Origin: an uncultured Chloroflexia bacterium
GTDB taxonomy: Bacteria > Chloroflexota > Limnocylindria > Limnocylindrales > CSP1-4
Assembly: GCA_963828165.1 (NCBI GenBank)
Contig: CAWHDR010000001.1
Location: 1,024,001-1,088,000 of the forward strand
Direction: 5' to 3'
Length of the DNA stretch: 64,000 nucleotides
Of this stretch, positions 8,134 to 23,060 are shown one piece after another (the stretch's first letter is position 1; every line of letters begins with the position of its first letter). Below the pieces are notes generated by a model. It was not told where the DNA came from. It ran no database searches and saw nothing but the letters and a program-made list of their open reading frames with translations. The translations under genes and the position numbers were made by a program.

Positions 8134-10808
8134 GCGGCAGGCTCCCCGGACGCGGCCGGCTCCCCGTTCCGACGCCGGTTCTCCGGGTCGAACACGACCG
8201 AATCGACGATCTCCGCCTCGATGGCGCCCTCGACGAGCGGCGCCAAGACCCGCTGCCCGATCCGGTCACGGCCGCCCTTCACGAGCGCGAGCGCGAAGGT
8301 CCGGCCGAGCGCGGCACTCCGATACGACGACGTGACGTGGCCCAGCATCGGGACCGGTGCGGCGCCGAGGTCCGCGTCAGTGGCGACCAGCTGGGCGCCT
8401 TCGGGCAGGAGCACCTTAGGGTCCAGCGGCAGCAGGCCGACCAGCTGCTTCCGGTCCGCCCGGCTCGTGTCCGGACGCCTGTGCGACCGCCGGCCGATGA
8501 AGTCCTTCTTCGTGGAGACCGCCCACGACATGCCGAGGTCCTGCGGGGTGACCGTGCCATCGGTCTCCTGGCCGATGATCGGATAGCCCTTCTCCGCGCG
8601 CAGGACGTGCATGGTCTCGGTGCCGTACGGCGTGATCCCGAGTGGCTCGCCGGCGGCCATCACAGCTTCCCACAGCGCCAGGCCGTGCCAGGTCGGGACG
8701 TTGAGCTCGAACGACAGCTCGCCGGAGAACGAGATCCGGAACACGCGACCCGGCGTGCCCGCGATGATCGCCTCGCGCCAGGTCATGAACGGGAAGGCGT
8801 CGTTCGACACGTCGAGGTCCGGGCTGAGCGTCGCCGACGACCTCGCGAGCGCGCGGCCCCACGACCGCGACCGTCGTCCATTGCTCGGTGACGCTCGTCG
8901 CGTGGACGCGCAGCTCTGGCCATTCGGTCTGGAGCCACTCCTCGAGGTGGTCGAGGACGGCCGCCGCGTTGCCGGTCGTCGTCGTCATGTGGAACCGGTC
9001 CTCCGACAGCCGCGACGTCACGCCGTCGTCGAAGACCATCCCGTCCGGCGCGGCACATGAGCCCGTAGCGGCACGATCCCGACCTTGAGCGTGGAGAACA
9101 GGTTCGTGTAAACCCGATCCAGAAAGATCCCGGCGTCCGGACCCTGGATGTCGATCTTGCCGAGGGTCGTCGCGTCCATCACGGCAACGCCGGTCCGGGC
9201 GGCGGCGCACTCGCGCAGGACGGCCTCCTCCATCGATTCGCCGTCGCGCGGGAAGAAGCGCGGACGCTTCCACTGCCCGACGTCCTCGAAGACTGCGCCG
9301 TTCGCGACGTGCCACGACTGGATCGGGGTCGTCCGGACCGGGTCCGCCAGCGCTGGCGCCGCGGTCGCGGGCCGCGAGCTGCGCGAAGCTGACCGGCACG
9401 GTCGGCGGCCGGAACGTCGGCACGCCGACGGCTCCGACTTCCTGGCCCAGGATCGACGCCGCGATCGCGCTCGCGACGACGCCACCGCTGCGCCCCTGCT
9501 CGATGCCCGTGCCGATCGTCGTGTAGCGCTTGACGTGCTCGATCGATTCGAGGCCGGCGTCGAGCGCCCGCTGCAGGTCGCGCACGGTCGCGTCGCGGCC
9601 GAGGTCGACGTAGTGGGTCGACCACGCATCGACGGTCGCGGGCCCGGGTGGTGGCACGACCCAGGTCGGGCTGATCTCGCCGAGGCCCTCGATCTCGCCG
9701 GCGGCGGCACCGACCGCCTCGATCCGGCCCTGCGGACCGGGCTTGTCCGGGACGAAGGCCGCGATCCGCTCGTCGAACCGGAGCGTGCCCCGGGCGTGGG
9801 TCCAGAGCGCCACGTTCGGGTTCCAGCCGCCGGACACGAGCAGCAGGTCCGCTTCGACGTTCTCGTGATCGCCGCCGTCGCGCGCGATCGCCACGGCGGT
9901 CAGGCGGCCAGCGTCGTCGCCGACCGTGCCGACGACCGAGGTCGCCCACGCGAGCGTCGACGGTCGCGACGAGTTCGATCCCCGGCCTCCACGAGCGGCG
10001 GCGGCCACGGCATCCGTGGTCCCGTTGTTCGTGAAGATGACCGCTCGGTCGCCGGGGCGGACGCCGTACCGCTCCACGTAGGTCGCAGCCGCGCCGGCGA
10101 GCATGATCCCGGGACGGTCGTCGTCGGCGAAGACGATCGGCCGTTCCGTGGCGCCGGTCGCAACGACGATGCGCTCGGGCCGGATGTGCCACAGCCGTCC
10201 CTCGGTCGTCGGGGTCGGGTGGCGCTCCACGGCCGTCACGTAGCCGTGGTCGTAGATGCCGAGCGCGGTCATGCCGGCCCGCACGCCGTCGCCGGTCGCG
10301 ACTGGATCGGCGTCGATGAGCAGGACGCGGTCCTCGGGGTTGGACACCTGGGCGACGGCCGCGGCCCTGCGGCCGGACTCGCCCGCGCCGATGACCAGCA
10401 CCTCGCAATGGGCATGCCGGCTGTCGAACCGGCCGGGATCGTCGTCGTCCCGGCGGTGCTCGTCGCCGCGGCCGCCCGCCACCGGCTCCAGGCGTCCTCG
10501 GCCGGCCAGACTCGAGACGGCCAGGCCCTCCTCCAGCGTCACGGTCGTCGCGGGGAGCATCGGCTCGGAGGCACCGTCGGCCATCGGACCTGGACGAGCG
10601 CATTCGGCTCCTCCGGTCCGGCCGACATGATCCCGCGAGGCCGGTCGTGGTAGATGCTCCGCCCGACGACATCGACGCCGTTGGCCAGCAACGCCGAGGC
10701 GACGGTGTCGCCCGCGTAACCCGTCAACGTCCGTCCGTCGAACTCGAAGGCGACCGTGGTCGATCGGTCGATGTGGATGCCGCCCGTCGGCAGGCGCGAA
10801 GCCGTCAC
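8130..10808 (-). CDS. soxA: Sarcosine oxidase alpha subunit (several frameshifts)
   Basis: [57 protein letters not shown] spread over several frames. Confidence 0.88.
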
Positions 10809-11054
10809 CGGCCGCCCCCGAACTGCGTTGGTGAGCGTGTCGCGAGTGATGTCGAACCAGCGCCGGCAGCCGGCCGTGTGGACCCAGCGCTCGCGCAACG
10901 CCCCCTTGGGGTTGTCGCGCAGGAACAGGTAGTCGACCCACTGCGCGTCGGTGAGAGCGTCGGGGTCCTCCGGGTAGGCGATGCCGGCCTGGCCGCCGTA
11001 TCTGAACTCGGTCTCGTCACGGGGCCCGCAGTGGGGGCACGGGATCAGCAGCAT
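10805..11054 (-). CDS. soxD: Sarcosine oxidase delta subunit (reads in frame into soxA as assembled)
   Basis: MLLIPCPHCGPRDETEF...LRDNPKG...WVHTAGCRRWF. Confidence 0.88.
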
Positions 11055-11172
11055 GAGCGCGAAGTATGCCGCGTCGAGGTCGACCGGCGGAATGCGCGTC
11101 AGGGAGCGTTATCGAAGCAGGTCGTCCCTGCCGAGTGGGCCATCACCGGTGCGCGCCGGCCGGTTCCGCCCA

Positions 11173-12399
11173 TCAGTGCGCCACCGCGGCGGCGCCATGC
11201 TCGTCGATCAGGGCGCCGGTCTCGAAGCGCTCGAGCGCGAACGGCCGGTTGAGCTCGTGCGGCTCGTCGTTGGCGACGGTATGGGCGAGGACCCAGCCGC
11301 TGGCCGGGGTGGCCTTGAACCCGCCGGTGCCCCAGCCGCAGTCCAGGTACAGGCCGTCGATCGGGGTCTTCGAGACGATCGGCGAGGCGTCCGGCGACAC
11401 GTCGACGATGCCGCCCCAGGTCCGCAGCACGTGCGCCCGCGAGAAGATCGGGAAGAGCTCGAGGGCCGCAGCCATCTGGTGCTCGATGATGTGGAACGCG
11501 CCGCGCTGGCCGTAGCCGTTGTAGCTGTCGATGCCGGCGCCCAGGACCAGCTCGCCCTTGTGCGCCTGGCTGACGTAGACGTGGACCGCGTTCGACATGA
11601 CGACGGTCGGGTGGATCGGCTCGAGGAGCTCCGAGACGAGGGCCTGCAGCGGGTGGCTCTGGAGCGGGAGTCGGATGCCGGCCATCGCCGCCACGATGCT
11701 CGCATGGCCGGCCGCGACGATGGCGACCTTGCCGGCGCGGATCGCGCCGCGTGATGTCTGGAGACCGGTGACGCGGCCGTCTTCGATGTCGATCGCGGTC
11801 ACCTCGGCGCCTTCGATCATGTCGACGCCGAGGCTGTCGGCGGCGCGCGCGTAGCCCCACGCGACGTGGTCGTGCTTGGCGATCCCGCCCCGCGCCTGGT
11901 AGGTCGCGCCCAGGACCGGGTAGCGGACGTCGGGCGAGACGTTGACGATCGGGCAGAGGCGCTTGACGTCCTCGGGCCTGAGCCACTCGGCATCGATGCC
12001 GTTGAGTCGGTTCGCGTAGACCCGTCGCATGCCCTCGCGGACGTCGCCCAGGTTGTGGGCCAGGTTCATGACGCCGCGCTGGCTGAAGAGCAGGTCGTAG
12101 TCGAGCTCCTCGGGGAGCGTCTCCCAGAGCTTGAGGGCGTGCTCGTAGATGGCGGCGCTCTCGTCCCACAGGTAGTTGCTGCGGATGATCGCGGTGTTGC
12201 GGGCCATGTTCCCGCCGGCCAGCCAGCCTCGCTCCACGACCGCCACGTTCGTGATCCCGTGGTTCTTCGCGAGGTAGTAGGCGGCGGCGAGGCCGTGTCC
12301 GCCGCCGCCGATGATCACGACGTCGTAGGAGGGCTTTGGGTCGGGGTGACGCCAGAGCCGGTCGGGGTGCTCGGGGAGATGCGGGCTGACGACACTCAC
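11173..12399 (-). CDS. soxB: Sarcosine oxidase beta subunit
   Basis: [35 protein letters not shown]-terminal EHGAAAVAH. Confidence 0.95.
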   Translation of the reverse strand: MSVVSPHLPEHPDRLWRHPDPKPSYDVVIIGGGGHGLAAAYYLAKNHGITNVAVVERGWLAGGNMARNTAIIRSNYLWDESAAIYEHALKLWETLPEELDYDLLFSQRGVMNLAHNLGDVREGMRRVYANRLNGIDAEWLRPEDVKRLCPIVNVSPDVRYPVLGATYQARGGIAKHDHVAWGYARAADSLGVDMIEGAEVTAIDIEDGRVTGLQTSRGAIRAGKVAIVAAGHASIVAAMAGIRLPLQSHPLQALVSELLEPIHPTVVMSNAVHVYVSQAHKGELVLGAGIDSYNGYGQRGAFHIIEHQMAAALELFPIFSRAHVLRTWGGIVDVSPDASPIVSKTPIDGLYLDCGWGTGGFKATPASGWVLAHTVANDEPHELNRPFALERFETGALIDEHGAAAVAH

Positions 12400-12509
12400 G
12401 GGGCTGAGACTACGACACTCCCCGCGTGATGCAACGCGCCTTGACCCGACTGCGACCCGCCTTCATCCTCGATCGCTCCGACAGTAGCCGCGCGAGCTTG
12501 AGGGATCCC

Positions 12510-13983
12510 GTGCCGAGCCTGTTCATCGACGGTCAGTGGGTCGAGTCCGGCGATGGCACGTGTAGCCCGGTCGTCAATCCGTCCGACGGCAGCGTCGTCA
12601 CCGAGGTCGATGTCGCCACCGACGCGCAGGTCCAGGAGGCCATCGCCGCCGCTCGCCGCGCCTTCGATGCGACCGATTGGCCGCGCACCCCCATCGCGGA
12701 GCGAGCCGCGCTCCTCGTTCGCGTCGCCGACCTCATCGACCGCGACCTCGAGGAACTCGCCGTCGAGGAGACGCAGAACACGGGCAAGGCCATGCGCGAG
12801 AGCCGCTGGGACATGGCCGACGTCGCGAAGGTCTTCCGCTACTACGCCAAGCTCGCGGGCGAGGAGGCCGACGGCCGTTCGGTCGACGCCGGCACCCCGG
12901 ACGCGATCAGCCGCATCGTTCGCGAGCCCGTCGGCGTGTGCGCGCTCATCGCGCCGTGGAACTACCCGCTCCTTCAGCTCAGTTGGAAGATCGCCCCGGC
13001 CCTCGCCGCGGGCAACACCGCGGTCATGAAGCCAGCCCAGGTCACGCCGCTCAGTGCGATCCACCTCACGAGGCTCCTCGACGAGGCCGGCACGCCGCCT
13101 GGCGTCGTCAACCTGGTCCTGGGCCCAGGTGGTCGCGTCGGGCAGGCCCTCGCTGACTCCCCCGACGTGGACTTGATCTCGCTCACTGGCGGCATCGAAG
13201 CCGGCCGTCAACTCCTCAAAGGCGCCGCGGTCAACATCAAACGCGTCGCCCTGGAGCTCGGCGGCAAGAGCCCGAACATCGTGTTCGCCGACGCCGATTT
13301 CGAGACCGCCGTGGACAACGCCCTGACCGCCGCGTTCGTCCACTCCGGCCAGGTCTGCAGCGCGGGCTGCCGGGCGATCGTCGAGGACGCCATCTACGAC
13401 CGGTTCGTCGAGGAGATCGGCCGGCGCGCCGACCTGATCCGCCTCGGCCACGGCAGCGACGAGGCGACCGAGGCCGGCGCGCTGATCTCGGCGGAGCACC
13501 GCGACAAGGTCGAGCGCTACGTCCGCGGCGCCATCGACGAAGGCGCTCGCCTCGTCGCCGGCGGTCGCCGCCCCGACGAGCCCCACCTCCAGCAAGGCTT
13601 CTTCTATCGCCCCACGGTCTTCGCCGACGTCAGCCGCGACATGCGCATCATCCGCGAGGAGGTCTTCGGCCCGGTCCTGACCATCGAGCGCTTCACGACC
13701 GAGGACCAGGCGATCGAGCTCGGGAACGACACGACCTACGGGCTCGCCGGCGCCGTCTGGACCGCAGACGCCGGCCCGCGGCGCAGCGCGTCGCTCGGCG
13801 ACTTCGCCACGGGACGATCTGGATCAACGACTACAACACCTACATCCCCAAGCCGAGTGGGGCGGCTTCAAGCGATCCGGCATCGGTCGGGAACTTGGCC
13901 CGAGCGGTCTGGACGAGTACCGTGAGGCGAAACACATCTGGCAGAACACGGACCCGGCACCGACGGGGTGGTTCGGCGGGTGA
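12510..13983 (+). CDS. Aldehyde dehydrogenase, probably betaine aldehyde dehydrogenase (frameshifts ~13770-13860)
   Basis: [26 protein letters not shown]; C-terminal [14 protein letters not shown] in a shifted frame; context. Confidence 0.85.
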
Positions 13984-14023
13984 CCCGCGGGGGCCAGGGG
14001 CCGACCAGAGGGGTGAGGTGAGC

Positions 14024-15202
14024 GTGACCGCGACGATCGAGGGACCCACTCGGGAAGGCGGGACCGCGACGCCGACCCTCGCCGTCCGGAACCTGTGGAA
14101 GGTCTTCGGCCCGGCCGAGCACAAGACCATCGGCACGCCCGATGCCGACCTGTCGCGCGACGAGCTGCGGCGCAAGACCGGCTCGACGATCGCGCTGCGC
14201 GATGTGACCTTCGACGTCCGGCCGGGCGAAGTCTGCGTGGTCATGGGCCTGTCGGGCAGCGGCAAGTCGACGCTCGTTCGCTGCATCACCCGGCTCATCG
14301 AGCCGACGGCGGGCGAGGTGCTCCTCGACGGCGACGACATCCTCAAGGTCGACCAGGCGCGCCTCCGCGAGCTCCGTCGCCGCCGCTTCAGCATGGTCTT
14401 CCAGCACTTCGGTCTGCTGCCCCATCGCAAGGTCATCGACAACGTGGCCTACGGCCTCGAGGTCCGCGGCGAGCCACGCTCGACGCGAGAGGAGCGCGCG
14501 CGCCAGATGATCGATCTCGTCGGGCTGCAGGGCCACGCGGAGAGCTACCCGGACCAGCTGTCGGGCGGCATGCAGCAGCGGGTCGGCCTGGCGCGGGCGC
14601 TGGCCGTCGACCCCGAGGTGATGTTCTTCGACGAGCCGTTCAGCGCGCTCGACCCACTGATCCGGCGCGACATGCAGAACGAGGTCCTGCGGCTCCACCA
14701 CGAAGTCGGCAAGACGATGGTGTTCATCACCCACGACCTCGCCGAGGCCCTCAAGCTGGGCGACCACATCGTGATCATGCGCGACGGCAAGGTCGTGCAG
14801 ATCGGCCGGCCGGAGGAGGTCGTGGGCGCCCCGGCGGACGAGTACGTCGCGGACTTCGTGAGCGACGTCCCGCGCAGCCACGTGCTCACGCTGCGCTGGA
14901 TCATGCGTCCGCTCGAGGCGACCGATCCCACGGACGGCCCGGAGTTCGACGCCTCGTCGGTGATCCGCAACTGCCTCGAGGTCGCCGCCAGCACGGAAAA
15001 GCCGATCCGCGTGACACAGGACGGGAAGCTCGTTGGGGTGGTCGACCGCGCCAGGATCCTCGCCGCCGTGGCGGACACCATCGGCGACCGACTGCTCGGC
15101 AAGATGGCCGGCGGCCGGTTCGTGCCCGCCCCCGCGGCCAGTGCCGGCAACCCGGCTGCCGACGTCGCGGCCGCAGGCTCCGGAGGTCCCTTCACGGGAT
15201 GA
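14024..15202 (+). CDS. Glycine betaine/proline ABC transporter ATPase (ProV/OpuAA-like)
   Basis: [39 protein letters not shown]. Confidence 0.92.
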   Translation: MTATIEGPTREGGTATPTLAVRNLWKVFGPAEHKTIGTPDADLSRDELRRKTGSTIALRDVTFDVRPGEVCVVMGLSGSGKSTLVRCITRLIEPTAGEVLLDGDDILKVDQARLRELRRRRFSMVFQHFGLLPHRKVIDNVAYGLEVRGEPRSTREERARQMIDLVGLQGHAESYPDQLSGGMQQRVGLARALAVDPEVMFFDEPFSALDPLIRRDMQNEVLRLHHEVGKTMVFITHDLAEALKLGDHIVIMRDGKVVQIGRPEEVVGAPADEYVADFVSDVPRSHVLTLRWIMRPLEATDPTDGPEFDASSVIRNCLEVAASTEKPIRVTQDGKLVGVVDRARILAAVADTIGDRLLGKMAGGRFVPAPAASAGNPAADVAAAGSGGPFTG

Positions 15203-17136
15203 CCGCGATCACGGCCCCGTTCGCGGCGCGCTTCGAGTCGAAGACCGGGCGCCGCCTGCTCCTGCTGATCGGCGTCGTCGTGGCCGTCCTGCTGTATCTC
15301 CTGTTCCAAGGCCAGGGAACGCTGCCGCACGACGAGGCCTATCCCCTGTTCAACACGCTCAACGACGTGCGGGAATGGATCGAGCAGAACCGGAACTCGA
15401 TCGTCATCTTCGCGGTCATCCGGGCCGGCATCGGTGGGCTGGTCGGCGCGATCGAGGGATTGCTGGCCGGTCTCGGCTGGCCGGGCGTGATCGCCCTCGC
15501 GGGCGGTCTCGGACTCATCTTCGGCGGCTGGCGGCTCGCGCTCGTTGGCGCGTCCGGGTTCGCGGCGATCGGTCTCCTGGGCCTGTGGGTATCGGGGATG
15601 GCGACGCTCGCGCAGATGCTGGCCGCCGTGCTCATCGCACTGCTCATCGGGATCCCGCTCGGGATCGTCGCCGGTCGCAGTCCGCGCTTCGCGTCGGCCG
15701 TTGGGCCCGTGCTCGACGCCATGCAGATCATGCCCACGATGGCGTACCTGGGCCCGATGACGCTGCTCTTCGGCATCGGCGTGCCACCGGGGACGATCGC
15801 AACCCTGATCTACGCGATCCCGCCCGCCATCCGCATCACGGCGCTGGGCATCCGGGGCGTGCCGAAGGCGACCATGGAAGCCGCCGAATCCCAGGGCTCG
15901 ACCCGCTGGCAGACGCTATCGAAGGTCCAACTGCCGCTCGCCCGGCGAACCATCGGCATCGGCGTGAACCAGACCATCATGATGGCGCTCTCGATGGTCG
16001 TGATCACCGCGCTCATCGGCGCGCCAGGACTCGGTGTCGACGTCCTGCGAGCGCTCCAGTCGGTGAACGTCGGATCGGCGTTCCAGGCCGGCCTCGCGAT
16101 CGTGATCCTGGCCATCGTCCTGGACCGCCTGACGGACCGGGCCGGGGAGTGGATGGACCCGCGCTTCCGCCGGGCCGGGGAGACGGCTCGCCAGCGTCGG
16201 ATCGTCGCCGGGATCGCCGCGCTGATCCTCGTGCTGGCCGTCGCGTACGCGCGGACCCTCGCCGACCCCACGGCGTTCCCGGAGAACGTCTTCATCGACT
16301 TCCGCGACCCGGTCAACGACGTCGTCGGCTGGATCAAGTCCAACCTGGTGGGCGCGACCAACGCGATCAAGGATGCCTTCTCGTTCGGCGTGCTGAACCC
16401 CCTTCAAGGGGTCCTGACGAAGGCGCCGTGGCTGCTGGTGGTCGCGGTCGTCTTCGGCGGCGCCTGGTACATCTCGGGCGTGCGTGCGGCGATCGTCGCC
16501 AGCGTGTGCCTGCTGCTGGCCGCGGGACTTGGCCTCTGGGAGCACGGCATGGAGACGTTGGCCAGCGTGCTCGTCGCCACCGCGCTGACCTTGATCCTGG
16601 GCGTGGCGATCGGGATCGTCTCTGCGCGGAACGACCCATTCCGCTCGATCATCCGGCCGTTCCTCGACGCGGCCCAGACGCTGCCCGCATTCGTCTACCT
16701 GATCCCCGCGGTCGCCCTGTTCTCGGTGGGGCGCTTCACGGCGATCGCCGCGGCCGTCATCTACGCCGTCCCCCCGGTCATCCGGCTCGTGGACGCCGGG
16801 ATCCGCTCCGTCTCGCCGACCGTGATGGAGGCGGCGCGCTCCGCCGGCTCGACCGAGCGCCAGTTGCTCTGGAAGGTCCAGCTGCCACTCTCGCGGGGGG
16901 CGCTGCTCCTCGCCGCGAACCAGGGCATCGTCATGGTCCTCGCGATGGTCGTCGTCGGCGCCCTCGTCGGCGCCGGCGCGCTCGGGTTCGACGTCATCTC
17001 CGGGTTCACCCAGCGCGAAGACTTCGGCAAGGGGCTGGCTGCCGGCATCGTGATCGTCCTGCTGGGCATCATGCTCGATCGGATCACCCAGGGCGCGGGA
17101 GGGCGCCCATCGACGGGTGCGGCCCGCGCGGGATAG
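15199..17136 (+). CDS. Glycine betaine ABC permease with two tandem ProW-type domains
   Basis: Two copies of LDAxQxxPxxxYL...KVQLPL; ATGA overlap. Confidence 0.9.
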   Translation: MTAITAPFAARFESKTGRRLLLLIGVVVAVLLYLLFQGQGTLPHDEAYPLFNTLNDVREWIEQNRNSIVIFAVIRAGIGGLVGAIEGLLAGLGWPGVIALAGGLGLIFGGWRLALVGASGFAAIGLLGLWVSGMATLAQMLAAVLIALLIGIPLGIVAGRSPRFASAVGPVLDAMQIMPTMAYLGPMTLLFGIGVPPGTIATLIYAIPPAIRITALGIRGVPKATMEAAESQGSTRWQTLSKVQLPLARRTIGIGVNQTIMMALSMVVITALIGAPGLGVDVLRALQSVNVGSAFQAGLAIVILAIVLDRLTDRAGEWMDPRFRRAGETARQRRIVAGIAALILVLAVAYARTLADPTAFPENVFIDFRDPVNDVVGWIKSNLVGATNAIKDAFSFGVLNPLQGVLTKAPWLLVVAVVFGGAWYISGVRAAIVASVCLLLAAGLGLWEHGMETLASVLVATALTLILGVAIGIVSARNDPFRSIIRPFLDAAQTLPAFVYLIPAVALFSVGRFTAIAAAVIYAVPPVIRLVDAGIRSVSPTVMEAARSAGSTERQLLWKVQLPLSRGALLLAANQGIVMVLAMVVVGALVGAGALGFDVISGFTQREDFGKGLAAGIVIVLLGIMLDRITQGAGGRPSTGAARAG

Positions 17137-17178
17137 CATTCGGCACCGCCGCGGTTGTGGCGTAGAGGAGGAACACGA

Positions 17179-18171
17179 ATGCAGCGAAGTCTTCTGGCCC
17201 GGCTGACCACGTCGGTCGCCGTCCTGGCCCTCGTCCTCGGCGCCTGCGGCCCGACCGGCGGCAGCGCCGCCCCGAGCGGACCCGCCGCCACGGGTGCCGC
17301 GCCGAGCGGCTCCGCAGCCGGTGGCGCGAAGGGCACCGTCAGGATCGCCATCAATCCGTGGGTCGGCGCCGAGGCCAACGTGGCCGTCGTCAAGAGCCTG
17401 CTCGAGGACAAGCTCGGCTACACCGTCACGGCGACGCCGTTGGCCGAAGAAGTCGCCTGGCCGGGCTTCGAGACGGGCGAGATCGACGTCATCCTGGAGA
17501 ACTGGGGTCACCCCGACCTCGAGAAGAAGTACATCACCGACAAGGGCGTCGCGCAGGACGCCGGCCTCAACGGCGTCGACGGGATCATCGGCTGGTACGT
17601 CCCGGAGTGGATGGCCACGCAGTACCCGGACATCGTCGACTCGGAAAATCTCAACAAGTACGCGGAGCTGTTCAAGACGTCCGAGTCGGGCGAGCAGGGC
17701 CAGTTCCTCGGCAGCGACCCGACGTTCGTGACGAACGACGAGGCCCTCATCAAGAACCTCGACCTGAACTTCAAGGTCGTGTTCTCCGGCAGCGAGGCAG
17801 CCACGATCACCGCGTTCCAGCAGGCCACCGAGCAGAAGACGCCGCTCATCGGCTACTTCTACGACCCGCAGTGGCTGCACAGCAAGATCAAGCTGGTCAA
17901 GGTCAACCTGCCGGCCTGGACCGAGGGCTGCGACGCCGACCCGAACACCGTGGCCTGCGACTACCCGCTCTACAAGCTCAATAAGATCGCCGCCACGACC
18001 TTCGCGGAGAACGGCGGCGACGCCGCCACGCTGGTCAAGAACTTCAGCTGGACCAACGAGGACCAGAACCTCGTCGCGGACTACATCACCAACCAGTCGA
18101 TGAGCGCGGACGAGGCGGGCGACAAGTGGGTCGCCGAGAACGAGGCCAAGTGGTCGGCCTGGATGCCGTGA
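17179..18171 (+). CDS. Glycine betaine ABC substrate-binding lipoprotein
   Basis: Lipobox LGAC; ILENWGH, GWYVP, FYDPQW; GAGGAGG SD. Confidence 0.88.
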   Translation: MQRSLLARLTTSVAVLALVLGACGPTGGSAAPSGPAATGAAPSGSAAGGAKGTVRIAINPWVGAEANVAVVKSLLEDKLGYTVTATPLAEEVAWPGFETGEIDVILENWGHPDLEKKYITDKGVAQDAGLNGVDGIIGWYVPEWMATQYPDIVDSENLNKYAELFKTSESGEQGQFLGSDPTFVTNDEALIKNLDLNFKVVFSGSEAATITAFQQATEQKTPLIGYFYDPQWLHSKIKLVKVNLPAWTEGCDADPNTVACDYPLYKLNKIAATTFAENGGDAATLVKNFSWTNEDQNLVADYITNQSMSADEAGDKWVAENEAKWSAWMP

Positions 18172-18257
18172 TCGGGCACCACGCCCGAACCTGAACCCCA
18201 AGGGGTCGGCGATCGCCCGGTCGCCGGCCCCGTTCCTGTCCCTCGAGGAGAACCGTC

Positions 18258-20722
<2,465 letters not shown>

Positions 20723-20789
20723 CCGCTCCGCGGAGTCACATGGGGACGTCGTGGCGGACATTCGCCGTTGACGAACTCATCACATCGTC

Positions 20790-20818
20790 TTGACGGCAGC
20801 GGGTCCGCGGAGTGGAAT
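20790..20818 (+). promoter_or_regulatory. Putative sigma70 promoter of second ABC operon
   Basis: TTGACG-17-TGGAAT. Confidence 0.45.
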
Positions 20819-20932
20819 GCACCGGACACCGATACACAGGCCAACCCGGCCGTCCGTCGGGGGTTGGTGGGCCGCGGAGGGGCCCGGCCGGCAATGAACG
20901 CTGAGTCCACAGTGCCACTGGAGGAGAATCCC

Positions 20933-22121
20933 TTGTCCAAGAACCGCACCCTGACCCGCTGGTCGGGTCTGCTTGCAGCATCGGCGATCCTGGTCGCCGC
21001 CTGCACCACCCCTGCCGGCTCTGCCGCTCCGTCGGCCGCGTCGGTAGCACCGCCCGGCTCCGCCGCGCCATCGGCCGCCGGCTCGGCCGCGGCGTCCGCC
21101 GGCACGGGTGCGTCAGCTGAGCTCATCGCGGCGGCCCAGGCCGAGGGCGGTCTCACCACCATCGCCCTGCCGCACACCTGGTGCAACTACGGCGAGATGC
21201 TGACCAGCTTCACCACGAAGTACAACATCCCGATCAACGAGCTCAACCCGGATGGCAGCTCCGCGGAAGAGATCGAAGCCATCGTGGCCAACAAGGACAA
21301 CCCGGGTCCGCAGGCTCCCGACGTGATCGACATCGGGCTCGGCCTCGCGCCGCAGGCCGTGACGGACGGGCTCCTGCAGCCGTACAAGGTCTCGACCTGG
21401 GACACCATCCCGGAAACCGCCAAGGACCCGGACGGTAACTGGTACGGCGACTACTACGGCGTCCTGGCGTTCGAGACGAACACCGCTGTCGTCAAGAACG
21501 TCCCCAAGGACTGGGCCGACCTGCTCAAGCCCGAGTACAAGTCACAGGTCGCCCTCTCCGGCGATCCGACACAGAGCAACCAGGCCATCTCCGGCGTCTG
21601 GGCCGCTGCCCTCGCGAGCGGCGGGTCGCATCGACAACGTGCAGCCCGGCCTCGACTTCTTCAAGCAGCTGAACGATGCCGGGAACTTCGTCCCGGTCAT
21701 CGCCGGAGCCGCGACCGTCGCATCCGGTGAGACCCCGGTCCGCATCACGTGGACCTACAACGGGCTCGCCGACAAGGACACGCTGGCCGGTAATCCGCCG
21801 GTCGAGGTCGCCGTGCCGACATCCGGTCGATTCGGCGGCATGTACGTCCAGGCCATCAGCAAGTACGCCCCCCATCCGAACGCCGCGAAGCTGTGGATGG
21901 AGCACCTCTACTCCGATGAGGGCCAGCTCATCTGGCTGAAGGGCTACTGCAACCCCATCCGCTACGACGATCTCGTCGCGCGGGACGCCGTTCCGGCCGA
22001 TCTGGCGGCGAAGCTGCCCGACTCCACCGGTGCGGTCCTGCCGACCCTCGACCAGATCGAAGCCGCGACCACCGCCATCACCGCCGGGTGGCCGACCACG
22101 GTCGGCGTCACGGTCCAGTAG
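20933..22121 (+). CDS. ABC substrate-binding lipoprotein, PotD/AfuA-like (frameshift ~21630)
   Basis: GGAG SD + TTG; lipobox VAAC; GPQAPDVIDIG, APHPNAAKLW. Confidence 0.85.
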
Positions 22122-22160
22122 GCCCGTCGTCGACGGACCGCATCAGATCCGCCTCGAGCG

Positions 22161-23060
22161 GTGACTGACACCGCGCTGGCGCGAAACGCCCAGGGTGTGC
22201 CAACGGCGCGCCCTGGGCGCCGTTTCTCCCTGACCTGGCTCGGCCTGGTCCCGTTCCTCGTCTTCTCCACCCTGTTCCTGTTGATCCCGACGGCGTACCT
22301 CGTCGTCGGGAGCTTCATCGATTCGTCGACCGGGCAGGTCACGGTCCAGAACTACGCCCGCCTGACCGAGGGGCTCCAGCTCAACGCCTACCTGACCAGC
22401 ATCGAGATCAGCTTCGTCACGGCGTTGGCCGGCGGCATCTTCGGGTTCCTCATGGCGTACTCGGTGATCTCCGGCGGCCCGCGACGGCTGCGTGGTCCGC
22501 TGATGACGTTCTCGGGGGTCGCATCGAACTTCGCCGGCATCCCGCTGGCGCTCGCGTTCGTTTTCACGATCGGGCGGACCGGGCTCCTCACGGCCTTCCT
22601 CGGCAGCCTCGGTATCAACCCATACGAGAGCGGATTCACGATCTACTCGAAGCTGGGCCTCGAGATCGTCTACCTGTACTTCCAGCTGCCGCTGATGATC
22701 CTCATCATCGCCCCAGCCATCGATGGCCTGAAGCGCGAGTGGCGCGAAGCGTCGGAGAACATGGGGGCGACGACCTTCCAGTTCTGGCGCTACGTCGCGT
22801 TGCCGATCCTCATGCCGTCGCTGCTCGGCTCGATGATCCTGCTGTTCGGGAACGCATTCGGTGCCCAGGCGACGGCCTACCAGCTGACCGGTGGCTTCAT
22901 CAACCTCGTGACGATCCTCATCGGCAACCAGCTCACCGGTGACGTCCTCCACAACAAGGGCGCCGGGTACGCGCTGGCGATGGGGATGGTCGGGATCCTC
23001 GGCATCACGCTCCTCGCCTACCAGTTCCTGCAGCGGCGTTCGGAGCGCTGGCTCCGATGA
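22161..23060 (+). CDS. ABC permease (PotB-like)
   Basis: TM helices; EAA motif WREASENMGA. Confidence 0.9.
   Translation: MTDTALARNAQGVPTARPGRRFSLTWLGLVPFLVFSTLFLLIPTAYLVVGSFIDSSTGQVTVQNYARLTEGLQLNAYLTSIEISFVTALAGGIFGFLMAYSVISGGPRRLRGPLMTFSGVASNFAGIPLALAFVFTIGRTGLLTAFLGSLGINPYESGFTIYSKLGLEIVYLYFQLPLMILIIAPAIDGLKREWREASENMGATTFQFWRYVALPILMPSLLGSMILLFGNAFGAQATAYQLTGGFINLVTILIGNQLTGDVLHNKGAGYALAMGMVGILGITLLAYQFLQRRSERWLR

Noticed and set aside
15199-17136. Double-domain betaine permease as a novel fusion
   Set aside because: Tandem ProW-type permeases are already known in actinobacterial and alphaproteobacterial betaine transporters.
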